64,000 bases of DNA, from positions 177,203,741 to 177,267,740 of the forward strand of contig CM041465.1 in the NCBI GenBank assembly GCA_023213395.1, given 5' to 3'. The stretch is from Cycas panzhihuaensis. Taxonomy: Eukaryota; Plantae; Cycadophyta. Numbering within the stretch: the stretch's first letter is position 1; each line of letters starts with the position of its first letter. The notes beneath the pieces were generated by a model. That model was given only the letters and a program-made list of their open reading frames with translations. It was not told the DNA's origin and searched no databases. Below are positions 38,801 through 51,866 of this stretch, piece by piece. The position numbers and the translations under genes are program-made.

Positions 38801-41800
38801 TGATAATATCCTAATACTCTTGGAAAAAGCCCAAAGGGAAGCCATCAGGTCTTAGAGCCATCTCCCTCTTCATGTTGAACTCAGCACTTCTCACTTCTTC
38901 TAAAGAAAAGGGGGCTTCAAGGGCTCTATTTAAGTCTTCCCCAACTTTCTTGGGGATCATATCCATCATCTCTCTCCTAACCTCTACATTAAGGCATGTA
39001 GGCTTATTAAATAAGCCCCTAAAATAATCCACCACAACATCCTTCATACCTCTTTGGTATGAGATTTCCACCCCTTCCTTGTTAGTCAACACCTTAATAT
39101 GATTACATGTTCTGTGCTTCAAGGTGGTCATATGAAAAAAATTTGTATTTCTATCATCTTTAGCTCACCATAAGGCCCTAGATTCTTGCCTCCATTGAAT
39201 TTCTTCTTTTAGAAGAGTCTCCTCTATCTTGCTTAATAGGCCCTTTTCATTCTAGTCTAAGAGAGGGGATCTCCCTTCTTCTTGAATCCTCATCTCCAGA
39301 TCCTTGAGCTCCTCCATTTGATTCTTGGTTCTAAATACGTACCCATGGGTTTTCTTATTCCAATGTTTCACTTGCCTCTTCACCCACCTTACCTTATTGG
39401 AGAATTTGAACATTGCACAACCTTCCATTAGAGTCTTCCAGTAGTCCACAATCAGATTATGGAGACATGGGTCCTTTGTCTATATCAACTCAAATGTAAA
39501 AGATGTACCCATGTATCTTTTATTGTCTTCAAAGCTAAAGGCTAAAGGGGCATGATTTGACACTAATTTGGGCATAACTTTGAGAATAATATTACTATAC
39601 TAGCTAGCCCAAGCATAGTTTATCAATACTCTATCTAACTTGACCTAAATATAATACTTGCCTAATCTTTTATTTGACGAAGTATATTTAGGACCTTGAA
39701 GAGGGATGTCCATCACTCTCCCTTTTTGCATGAACACCCCTAAATCCTCAATGCTCTTAGACCATCCCCCCTACCCTCCTTTCTTTTCACCAGGTGATAA
39801 AGCCATATTAAAATCCCTAGTAATCACCCAAGGACCCCCCAAGTCCTTATGGGCTTTGATCATCTTATTCCATAGGAAATTTCTCCCATCCTACATTAAA
39901 GGGGCATACATTTGATACCAACCATTTTAGATTGGATTTTTTGTAAGGCACCTAAGTTAATATGAAATGCTCCTTAGATATATAGGTCTCTCCTTCCTGG
40001 TTTTTGGGGTTCCACATGGTGACCAAGCCACCAGACCCTCTGCTCCCATCTCTCACACATATCCCAACTCCTGTCTAGACCTTGTTTATAACTATATCTA
40101 TGTTCCCTACCTCTAATTTGGTTTCCTTAAGGAGGAGAATATCCACCTCATGGTTAGTTTGTAGATCTTTAACCATTCTCTATTTAGAAGGGGTGTTCAT
40201 ACCCCGAATGTTCTAAGAAACTAGTTTCATAATAACCTCTCCCCCCCCTTCCTCAGGTCTATCATCTTTTACTCCTTAATTTGGGCCCCTGCCCTCCTCC
40301 ATCTCTTAGAGTGTGTTGGCTCCCTTAGTCTATCTGGATGGCTGTCTTCCTCTCTCTCAGCACTTTAGAAGAAGGTTTTCTAGGTCTCCTTTTCACTTCT
40401 GAAGTCAGGGCCTTTAGTCTGATCAAATTCCTTAAGGTCCTCTTGAGGTCCTTTCCTAACTTTTCAAACCTTCTCTATTTTCCCTAAATCCTCCTAAGGG
40501 GGTGCTTGCTCTTCCATCTAAGGTTCTCCCTTCTCCTCATTTGGAGTCACTTTTTTTAATATGCCAATGCCAGGCTCCTTCTCATTACCTTCAGTGATGG
40601 GGCTTTTGTTGCCCTTGACCTTTTTTTCCACCTCCCCTTCTTCAAAGAGTGTATTCTCCTTCTCTAGATCCATATCTTTCCTAGCTTCAACAAGAGCTTG
40701 TTCCTCTAACTTTTCCCCAACTTCTATTAGAGTGATAACCCTAATCTCTTTCCCAATATCTAAAGGGGCATGATCCTCTTTCTTCTCCTCATCCATCCCT
40801 GCAAGAGGTCTAACCTACTTGTTATTATCTTCTTCCTTCTTTACTTCCTAAGGAACTAAGGGTTTCTTAGGATCCCTAGGGTAGTTTTGTAGAAGGTGAC
40901 CTAGGAACTTACAAGTAGAGCATCTCACGTTCTCTAGTTTGAATGATAGTTTTTGATCTCTACACCATCCTTCTCCTTTCATTTTTACCTTATCAAAGAG
41001 AGATCTATCTAACCTAGCTAGAGTATAAAATCTGGCATTCACCATCCTACTCCTATTCTTGGTAGTCGAATCAACATCCATAATAGGTCTAATAACTTTC
41101 ACAATACCTTTGATAACATCTAGATCCCATGCTTCTAAAGGAAAGCCTGATAGCTAGACCCAAAGAGGGAGTTGCCTCACATAACTTTTAGTCCGATCAA
41201 AGTCTGGGTGCCACTTCTCCATCAAGATAGTTTTTCTTCCCATCATCTAAGGAGATTTCAATAAGATACTTATCATATCTTCTTTATTTAAAAATTTAAA
41301 TAAAACACAACCTTTTAGAAGTGCTATGACCTCCATTATATCTTTTAGTTTCCATCTCTACCCCATCCATTTTCTAATAGGATCCACACCTGGCCTGGGG
41401 CCTAAAAAGTGACTGACTAAGCTATTCTCCTAGTGTTTTTCCATCCAGCAAAAAATTCTCTTTGGAACAAGTATTGCGAATGTATCTTCCTTAAGAATAG
41501 GGTCTATATCAAAGGATTCACATTCACATTCTTCGTTTCTCAAGGCATCCAGATATGACTTCTCTTTATTGGGGCTTTGGTTTTGGTTAAGATTAGTGAG
41601 TGGCATCTAAGACTGGTTATCCAGATGTGATTTCCTTTTATTGGAATATTAGTTTTGGTCAGGATCAAAGTGGGCCAACTGACTCTGGTCCATTATTTAT
41701 TTATTCTCCATTAATCTCATTATATCACCAATAAAACATACTACAAAACAAAAACTCAAAGCTAGAAGGTTGGAAAAAAAGGAGTCTCACCCAATAGAGA

Positions 41801-42274
41801 GAGCCAACTTGAGATATCCTCTTCAATATTGCATCTTCTACTCCTATGTCTACCTACTTAGACCCTCAGATCACTCATGATGGATTACTTTCATCTCTAG
41901 TCTTGTCAAGTATTCCATCCATCTTCCTAATAATCTAGCCCTGAGGTAAACTAATAACATGTCCTCCCAGCTATCTACTCTTCCTTGCATCTTCTACAAA
42001 TGCCTGTCACCTACCATCAAGGTCTACACTACTTATATGCTCCCATCTAGGGGGTGGTCTCCCCCACCCTTGACTACCTGAGGTCCTTGCAACCTTCCTA
42101 GTCAGAACCGGGGCTAGATCTTCCCTCACAACAGTCTCCATAGTTGTTCATAGCTACCATTTGATGAAACCCTAACCAATTGCATTATCGTCCTCTGCTC
42201 TTTAGTGTCATCCATGTCTACTAACTTACCAAGCCCATAATTGCTATAATAAATAAATAATTCTAGCCAACTTC
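35878..42274 (-). mobile_element. Full-length degenerate L1 LINE with RNase H (LINE-B)
   Basis: TSD AAGTAACTTAT(C/T)CATCTT at 35861 and 42275, short T tract. ORF1 ~41586-40240; ORF2 starts MKLVS*NIRG ~40230; RT fragments 38007-39449; RNase H 36107-36500. Confidence 0.93.
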
Positions 42275-42379
42275 AAGTAACTTATTCATCTTGACTGTAG
42301 ATATAAATCTAAGTACCATGATTCCAAAGAATTAAGGCAATTTTTTATACTAATAAAAATAGATGAAGTTTTAACCATG

Positions 42380-45300
42380 ATTTAATTCATAAGTGGAGGA
42401 TGGATGTCCCTTTGGTTTGCAACCCAAGTTCAAGATTCATGACATCCTCACAAATACTCAAAAAAACAAAAAAGATAAACATAAAAGTATAAGAATTAAT
42501 CTTTAATACTCCAAATCAAAAGTTTGTATTCCAGTCATTCATTCATTCATAAGAAATTACAATACTATATAATATGAAAAATGCCTCATACATAAAATAA
42601 AAAGGAGGCAGTTATAAAATATAAGGAAGGTAAATCAAAGAGTCATATAAGATGTCAAATATACCTTACATTATTATAATAATCTATGACACCTTTATAT
42701 GTGGATAAAATACTACCCCACAGTACTAGGTTCATAACATTAAGTTGTGACTTAACCTATATGCATGAAATGAAGCCCTCATTATAAATATATACAATAT
42801 TATTATTATTATTTTTTATATGGTAAAATAAAGAAGGAGTTTTAAAAGGGCCCCAAACCTTTATAAAAAACTGCCTATAGGTTGAAGCTAGATTGCCATG
42901 ATAAGCCCATGGCATAGCTATACCAAAACTGGCACAATAAGCCTTGTGGCTAGCTCCTCTTACCCATTAATAAAAAATCTACCATATCTTTCCTAGGTCA
43001 ACCTAGTAACTCCTCTAGGAATTCCTATAACCAAACCCTGGAAGACTTATTGGAAACCACCCAATTAGCTAGCCAATCAACTACTCCTCTAACCATAGCT
43101 TTGTTGTTCCAGTCTATCTCATTTTCCCCTCTTAGAATATTAACCACATTTAAGGAATCTCCTTCAATAACCACCTTTTCACTAGTGTCTTCCATAATCA
43201 AGTAAACTGCTCTTTGCATAGCCCTCAGCTTTATCCTATAATTGGTATATTGACCATAGTAATTTGCAAAGGCCCACCTTAAGTTACCATCAGGATTTTT
43301 GTAGAAACCCCCCTCCAGCCTTGCCAGGATTTCCTTTAGAGGCACCGTTAGAGTTCATTTTGACCCAGTTTATTATCAGCGATTACTAAGTATAATTACT
43401 CTTTTTTTTCACAGTAACCTTAGGTCTTCTCATACCCCATCTCTTAAAAACTCTACCCTTATATTTCGGAATACTTTTTCCATCTGAAACTTTAATAGTT
43501 TCCATAATAGTTCCTTAAAATCTCTTCTCATCCATGGCCTTCTCCTAAAAAATTGTCCTATTCTTCTCCTTCTAAAGGTTCTACACCACCATTAGTAGGG
43601 AGCTTTTCCAGAGACTACCTAGGGTCTTACACTTGAAGGGACATTCCCACATCAAAAACTAATCTTTAAGAGTCCTAGATACCACCCAATTTATATACAA
43701 CATTAATATTAATGCTATCAAGATCTATGAATTAATGAAATAAACATTAATTCTTTTATCACCCTCTCTTAATGATGATTTCATTAATTTTAACACCAAG
43801 GCCAAGTTGAAACCTTTTGAATTTATCCTGCGAGAGTTCTTTTATGAAGATATCTAAGATCTATTCTTTAGTAGGTTTATAAATCAAATCAATCTCATCA
43901 TCCTATACATACTCCTTGATGAAGTGATGGTGAACCTCGATGTGTTTCATTCTAACATAAAACACAGGATTCTTGGTCAATTTTAGAACACTTTGATTAT
44001 CATAAAACAAAGATGTAACTTATGTTTGATTAAGTCCAAGCTCTTCAAGAATCCTCTTAAGCCTTATAGTTTTAGTAGTAGCACTAATGACAACTTTATA
44101 CTCAACTTCAATTGAAGAAAGTATGATATTAGGTTACTTTTTATAGGACCATGAAACTAAAGCTAAACCCAAGTTAAAAAGTAACCTAAAGTTTATCTAC
44201 AACTATCTTCACATCTAGCCTAATCTACATCTATGTAGCTTATCAACAAAGGATTCTCCACATGACTATAATTAAGTATAAACCAAAGAGAACCCCAAAG
44301 ATATTTTAAGATCCTCATTGCTACTTTTCAATATAAGAGTTTGGGTTCTGTCATGAACTTGGAATAGATCCTAACAATGTAGGCAATGTCTGGATGAGTA
44401 TGTGTGAAGTAAATGAGTTTCCCTAGAAGCTGTCTATACAATGTTGGATCCATATATTTTCCACACTCATCAATATCTAATTTTAAACCTATTTTCATAG
44501 GAGTTTATGACAATTTACATTCATCCATCATGTATTTTTAAAGGATTTCCTTTATCTATTTTGACTTTGAAAGGAAAATATGGCCTAGCTCCTACTAAAC
44601 TTCTATTATAGGAAAGTAATGGAGCAACCTAAGGTCAGTCATCTAAAAGTTGCTCTATAGTTCTCCTTGGAGATATGAAATCCACTTTATGTCATTACCA
44701 TTTATCAACGAATCATTAACATAGAGTATGATCAGAGTGATCAACCTATTATGGATTCTAATTTATATATTTAAATCTAATGATGAGTGGATGAGTCTAT
44801 GCTTCTAAAAATAATTATCAATCTTTGTATACCAAGTGCAAGGTGATTATTTAAGGCCATACAATGCCTTCATAAGTTTACAAACCATATGTTCTTTTCC
44901 ACAAACCACAAAGTTGGGAGGTTGATTTATGCAGATTTCCTCCTGTAAGTCACCATTTAGAAGGTGTGTTTTACATCTATTTGGTATACAAGCCATTGAG
45001 ATTAAGTTGTAAGTGTCAAAATAAGTCTAGTAGTGGTCATATTAACAACTAGTATAAGTGTGTCATCATAGTCTATTCCTTTGATTTGTTTAAAATATTT
45101 GGCAACCAAATAAGTTTTATGTCATTGAATGGAGTCAATTGTATAAAATTTTATTTTGTAAATCCATTTACAACTAATCAATTTCTTCCCTTTAGGTATC
45201 TCAACAAGCTCCCAAGTATCATTCTATAGGATTGAATTAATTTTATTAGTCATTATTGGTTACCATTTTGGATCTACAATAGCTTCCTTAAAAGTAGAGG

Positions 45301-46280
45301 GTTTAGGATCTAATAATACTTTTGTCATTAAGGTGAAGTTAGTGCATGACCTATATTTTAATTATCACTTTGCTTATTGTGGTGGTGAAGGAGCAAAAGA
45401 GATCATCTGTATGTACCATTTAGGTAATCATTTTGATGTAGCCTCATCCTAAATATCCTTTGTAGGGCTGATGGGAGAAGATATGGAAGTAGAGGTAGGT
45501 GGAGTGGATGTAGAACTAGGAGTAAATATAGATGTTAGAAGCATATATACTGGAGGCATATTTTATGGAGTAGGAGGAGCAACTGGTGCTTTATTTGATC
45601 AATCATTAAAAAATAAAATCTAATTGATATTAATATCCTTGATCTCTTCTAAAAATATGATATCCTAAGCTGTATGTATTTGGTTGGTTGTAGGATCATA
45701 TAATTTATATGATTTGCAACTAGGTTAATAACCAATAAAAATACATTTCCTACTCTTATCATCCAACTTTTTCCTTTATTCTTTTGGTATAAGCATATAT
45801 ATTATACAACCAAAAGTACATAAGTGTGAGGCGATAGGTTTTTGACGTGACTAGGCATGTTTAGGAGTAATATTCAATACAACCTTGATAGGACTTCTAT
45901 TTGTGAGATATGTAGCTATATGAAGGGCTTTAACCTAGAATCAAAGTCCTAAACTCTTGGCTATAATCATGGCTTTATCTTTGCTAACCAAAGTCTAATT
46001 TATTTGCTTAGTAACACTATTCTGTTGAGTATATGTGGTAGAAACTATCATTTTATGCTATTATCTTTATAACATTGGGTGAATACATTGGATGTATATT
46101 CACTGTCATTATCACAACAAAGGATTTTTAATGGCCTTCAAGATTTAATTTTAGTGCCATACTTAAATTCCTTGAATTTATCAAGAGCTTTTAATTTCTA
46201 CTTTATAAAATATACCTAGACTTTCCTAGAGTAATCATTAATAAAAGTGATAAAGATTTAACAATCTTTTAAGGATGCCT
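42380..46280 (-). mobile_element. 5'-truncated Copia (Copia-3): integrase, RT, RNase H, PPT and a 3' LTR split by LINE-C
   Basis: Minus strand RMKHIEVHHHFI ~43920-43950, CKWIYKIK ~45160, FINDYSRKV ~46230; PPT at 43762-43772. Left LTR edge approximate. Confidence 0.82.
42803..43691 (-). mobile_element. 5'-truncated L1 LINE (LINE-C), RNase H region only
   Basis: ORF 43025-43345 is homologous to the RNase H of LINE-D. TSD TATATACAA(T/C)ATTA (42789, 43692); TAT/T tail. Confidence 0.88.
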
Positions 46281-49200
46281 AAGATAGGAACATTCCCAAT
46301 CTTAGAAACCTCTAAAGTGCCATCAGCTCCAAAGGTGACAGTTCTTCCAAACATGTCATATGTTGAGAAGCACCCAAATTGATCAACTAGGAGATATCAA
46401 AATGATGTGATAACAAAGTAGCAAAGAAACGGTTTTGAGAGTTGGCTGAGTGGCCTCCTTGGTTTTGTCTCTTATTGCAAATTTTATTTTATTTATTTCT
46501 TTTAGGAGCATTTTGGTTTTATCTTCTTGCTCCCTAGTAGTTTGGATGATTCTATCTTTGAGGTCCCTTATAGTTTCCATGTCCATAAGTATGATTACCC
46601 TACATTATAAGGAAAATTTAAAACTATTGTTGCTAAAGGTTATCTCTCATTTTCTTGTAATCTAGTGTTATATGTTTAGGTTTACCTCAATAGTGATAAA
46701 CAACTTAAGGATTATAAGATGATCAAGGCTAATATGGCTGATTAGGATACTAATAAGGCTACTAGAAGGTATGTTGATTCAAATTCATTGAAATAAAATA
46801 ATGTGTAAGTTGTGGAAGTTGAGATCTTCCTTTATGTTTAGCTATAAATACTAGTGTAGAAGAGAAAAGTCTAGGATTCCTAAAATGATTCAAAATACAT
46901 TCTTCATGGAGTAATAAACCATCAAATATATTAAAATCAATGGTTGTAAGCTAGCCTACATATGATAAACTAGATATGAGGATATTATAACCAAGTGGTA
47001 AAGCATTACTAATGTTGGATACAAGATTATTGTCCACTGGTGGCTAGCACATAACTGATAATTGGTTCTCAATCACCTTAATTTGGGATAAGTGAGCTAC
47101 TATAGATCCTATAAATGGAATGGAGAAAAGCTAAGCTTTGAGCATCACTGACCTTACATTATCCATCCTCTCATAGAGTGTACAAATGATGTTCTAAGCT
47201 TTAATAGAGGTAGAGGCAAGTTCTATATTATGTTCGATATTATTCTCATAGGATAGGTGAAGAAAAGAATTGAAAACTTTATTAAACTCAATAAAGGTAG
47301 CTACTTCATTAGGATTAAGTGGAGTAAGGTTATTATGATCATTGGGATCTTTAGTAGGAACTGGCTTAGGAGTTTTTCTAGAAACATAAGGCCAAAGTGT
47401 ATTTATAATCAGAATATTCTTGACTTGTTTCTTTTAAGCCAAGAACTTATCACTACCAGATAGTTTAATGGTATTAGTTACAATAATTTGAAGTGCTATA
47501 ATGTCTATTATGTGTCCTATTATACCTAATAAGTGTAATCTAAACTAGGATCTAAGTCTCGATGTCTCCACTCCTAAACAACCCCTAGTAGTTGAGATAA
47601 TCCTATTTAATGGTGTACTTACTCATAAGTAGAAGTTTGAGGACCTAATATACCTAAAGGTATGCAGGTACTATAGAAGACTTGACTACCCCCCCCTCCC
47701 CCCCAACATCATATCTACTTATGATAGGTTTATAACGTAAACAATAGATTCTCATGTAAGGGCACACTTCTAACCAAGGTGCTCACCCTATCTGGGTCTA
47801 GCTTGGTCTCTAAATTCCAAGGTTTTAGGTATAACACCTTAGCTTACCACTGATTACTCCTAATAGCTAAAGAGCCTCTCTAATATTTGTAGAATTCGAG
47901 AAGGACTAATAGTATGTATGGAGTGGTAACATAAGGGGTCCTAATCATTCCCCTTATAAGGCTAGTAATTGGGTGGTTCCTTTGGTTTTTGTCTTTTTTA
48001 ATGTTTTTGTTTAAATTTTTAAAAAGATTTAGTGACTAATGGATTGTTAGTAAAACTCTGATTATTCTAACAATAAACTCATATATGTATAAGGGAAAAG
48101 TAGTCTATTATAGTTTAGCCTCCTTAGTAGATGATTAAAGAATGTTATCCTTGATTTAGCCTCATCAATAAGAACTTCAGAGGTATGCAGACTAGGGAGG
48201 AGGATTGGCCAGTGAACAAATTAAACCATGACAAGCTAGTGGTTGTAGCGAACCTAGATAAACATGAATAAGGCCACCCTAGGTTATCTTCATTGGTATT
48301 TATTTCTTTAAGCAATCTTAGGTGGTTAAGGGATTGCCTCAACAAAAAAGAAGAAATATGCATGATAGCTTAAGGGTTAGGCTTAGAAGCCAAAGGCCTT
48401 GGACAAGCAATAGAGTGTCTTGAACACTAAAGGCATAGACTTAGAAGTTATGGGTGATTGTTATAGTTTAGCTTCATTAGTGGTCATCTTTTAGAGGAGG
48501 AGTTGTTTGGGCTCATCTCAAAGTTAGGCTTTTTAGTATTTTTGGTTTCATACTTTTTTGGGTTTTTTGTTGTTTTGTAATGTTTTAAAGATTTTTTATT
48601 ATTTTTATAAATTTTTTTAATTCTTGGATTATTTTCTAAAAGGAAACAAACTAATTGGAAAGGGAATGATTTAAACAAATAAGGAGAAGGTTGTGGATGC
48701 CATAAGAGTAGTACCCCTTTAGAGATCCATAGCCAAGTTAGGTATATACAAATGTAAAGGGTAGTATACCCTCATTTTAGAGAAAAAATAGTAGTTTAAG
48801 CTTTTACAAAAGTAAGGGAAAAGTTAAGATGTTGTCCCAACTTCACCAATGGGAAAGGAATGCCCAAGGTTGTCACCATAGTTTAACCACTTTAATGAGT
48901 TCCTCTTAAAGGTTTCAATGAGAAAGTTATCTTATAGGACAAGTGTCAATAGGGGGTCTGATGAGGATTACCTACCTATAGAAAATGATGCTCAAGAATG
49001 AAGGTGACCAATTAATCAATCTTAATATTTTATCTTTGTAGGATATGTTGGATTATCACGATAAAGAATTATTCTAAAATTAATCAGTCTTGGTTGGAAA
49101 GGGTATGTAACTAGGGGCAAAGAACTTGGTAGACCTGAGTGAGTTGGTAAATAATGAGTTAGAAATCCAAAAATAACATGATGGGGCTATGGTAAACATG

Positions 49201-51866
49201 TAATGCATCAGTCAAGGCCTATATAATGGTAATGTACTCAATTGTATTATTAGTTATTATGGGCAAATAATCTCTAGAGTGAATAAGGATGTATCTTAGG
49301 TGATCTTAGATGGTCTACGTTATGGCAGAAGGGTTAAGATTCCCATAGCTACCCTCGTTGGTGTGGATGATCAATACCATAGAAAAATATAATAGTGACT
49401 CAAAGATTACTTAATGAATGAAGGGAGTAAGGTGGGAATCAATTAGCGTCACTAGGCTTAAGCTTATGTGTACACTCTAACTATAATGATAAGTTAAATA
49501 TACCCCCATGAGTGGTTATGTATGGTGTTATGATAAGTTCCTATGGTTTATTTTAATCCTCAAAATGTTAAGTAGGTTTTAATCATGACTGAGGCCATGA
49601 TAAACCCAATAACCATATCTAAAGGTCTTAGATAACCCACATATCTAAACCCAAATTATCAACTGTAGGTGGGAACAAAGCCAACATGTAATTCACCCTA
49701 GATACCAAGAAGGTGGTAAAATGTATGTATATATATTGATAACTTTTTTTTTTATATATTAGAATCACACCTCTAGGGGGTCACTAAATTTGGGAGAGAT
49801 TAGGCCAACACAACTGACAACTTCGTGGCCAAGGATCTATAAGGTCAAGGAAGAGAGATCACCCACAAAGGGTGTCTGTATATCAGAACATAGGTTCAGG
49901 GACCCGTAAATGGAGCATAAGCTCCTTTTCAGGTAACACCTCCTTGATTCAGAGCTAGGGGCAAAAGAGGGATCTCCTCAGTTTACCGAGTAACCTCTAG
50001 AAGGGCTCTCCCATCCTAGATGGCCAAGGAAGAGAGACAAAGATGATGGCACGCCTCTTCTTGTGAAGAGGGGAATGAGTGGAACAAGCCCTAATGGAAA
50101 AGAGAAAAGACTCGCACATAAGCCTAGAGTGGCTAGAAGCATGAGTAGATGAGGGAGAAGTTGGGTTGATGGACTAACTTTGAGCTAAAGGGTGAAGAAA
50201 AAGGAGGCTTTGCTAATAAAAAGGAAAGATGACCTTGAGAGGAAGTAACCCCCAAGGCACCACACCTAAAATGGGGTTAGGTGTGGAAGACAAACAAAGT
50301 AAATTATCCCTATGTTCATTTTCGTTATGTAGTAAGGTAATGTAGGGGTGTAGGTTATCATTGTTTATGTTTGTTTCTTATAAATGAGAGAAATGAACTT
50401 CAAAATGAATAATGCACTCTCTCTCTCTTTCCTAGACACTAACCTCCCCTCTTTATCCTTTGCAAACAAGGGAAGAAGAAGGGCAAGAAAACCACTAAGG
50501 AAAAAGAATGCAAGTGTGAAATGCAAACCTACCCAATGATATTCAAAGGAAATGTAAAGTGCCGATGGATGGATGCACAACCCACTTTGCTTAAATCCTA
50601 GTGGAAATGAGGGTTTAGGCAAGAAAGAAAACAAGTAACTATGTGACTAGAGGGAATGGCACCTATTGGTGTGAGTTAGTTAATTCCTGTTATACAATCA
50701 AAATGAGGAAAGTAACAACAACCAATAGAATGCAAGTAATACAATCCTTTCATTTCTCTTTCTCATTTAGGGGCAAGGGGGAAGAAGGGAAAAAATAGAA
50801 AAAATAAAGTAGGATAAACAAAGTAGGATAAACATAACTGTGAAGTAAATGGTTGATGTAGCATCTTTCTCACTTTCTTCATGGTCTAAACTTTCCTCCT
50901 TGGTATGCCTTACCACGAATGGTATGGTGAAAGGAGCACTGACGAGAGGGAGGATTCCTTACCTTCCCTAAAACTCAAATGAAAAGAGACTAAAAAGGAA
51001 GGATAAATGCCTCTATAGAATTTTTAAAGCACAATAATAATAATAAGGAAAGGAAGACATACCTGCAACGGAGACCTCTATTCGCTCTAAAGCACATGAA
51101 TCCTACACAACATAAAGTTTTCCCATTCCCAAGGGGTGTTGGATGCATGTGGGAGCTAGTGTATGCAAGGAAATGGATATGTATGTATATATTCCTTTTC
51201 AAGGGAAAAGCAATAAAAGAAAATAGACTTAACAAATATCTACTAAGTAATAAAATATGCAATGTTAGTATCATTCTCACCTTGCATGCACAACCAACAA
51301 GTAATATGGGAAAGATGGGGTGAAAGGGAAGAGAACGGGTAACCTCAGAATGCCTAACCCTCCCAACCAAATGGTCCACATGTCCCTAAGCACTCAAGCT
51401 AATGGTTAAGAAGGTTAAGATTGCTCAGTAGTAGGTGGAAAGCAGGTTTTTACTAATAGAAAAAGATAGCAAGAAAGTTGTAAGAAAACTACAAAAGTTG
51501 CAAAGTATAACTTTTACAAGATTTTACAAAAACAAGCCCTAAAGCTGAAAAGGCATGAACTAGGGCTAGAAACTAGGTTATATGCGATCCTTAGTGGCTA
51601 GTTGTAGGTGTAGCAAGGGGCTGCCTACACCACAATTAGCAAAAATCTCCACTCTAATAATTTTTTTTGGGTAGGCAAGGAAGGTATAAAGGAGGAAAAA
51701 GTAAGGAGAGAAGGGGGATGCCCTTGAGGAGAAGGCATGTGGGTGTGGAACCCTCCCTAAAACTCTTTTTACTCTCTTATGAACCTCTTTCCCTGCTACC
51801 TCCTTGAAAGACCCTAAAAACTTTAGGAGGAGGTGGATAAGCAAACAAGAATGAGGGTTTGTCTCC
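46281..51866. other. Unassigned decayed sequence, probably the leader and long LTR of a large Gypsy element
   Basis: No convincing protein motif. Purine-rich LTR-like tract 49690-51860 and a possible minus-strand PBS/LTR junction ~49670-49690. Confidence 0.3.
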
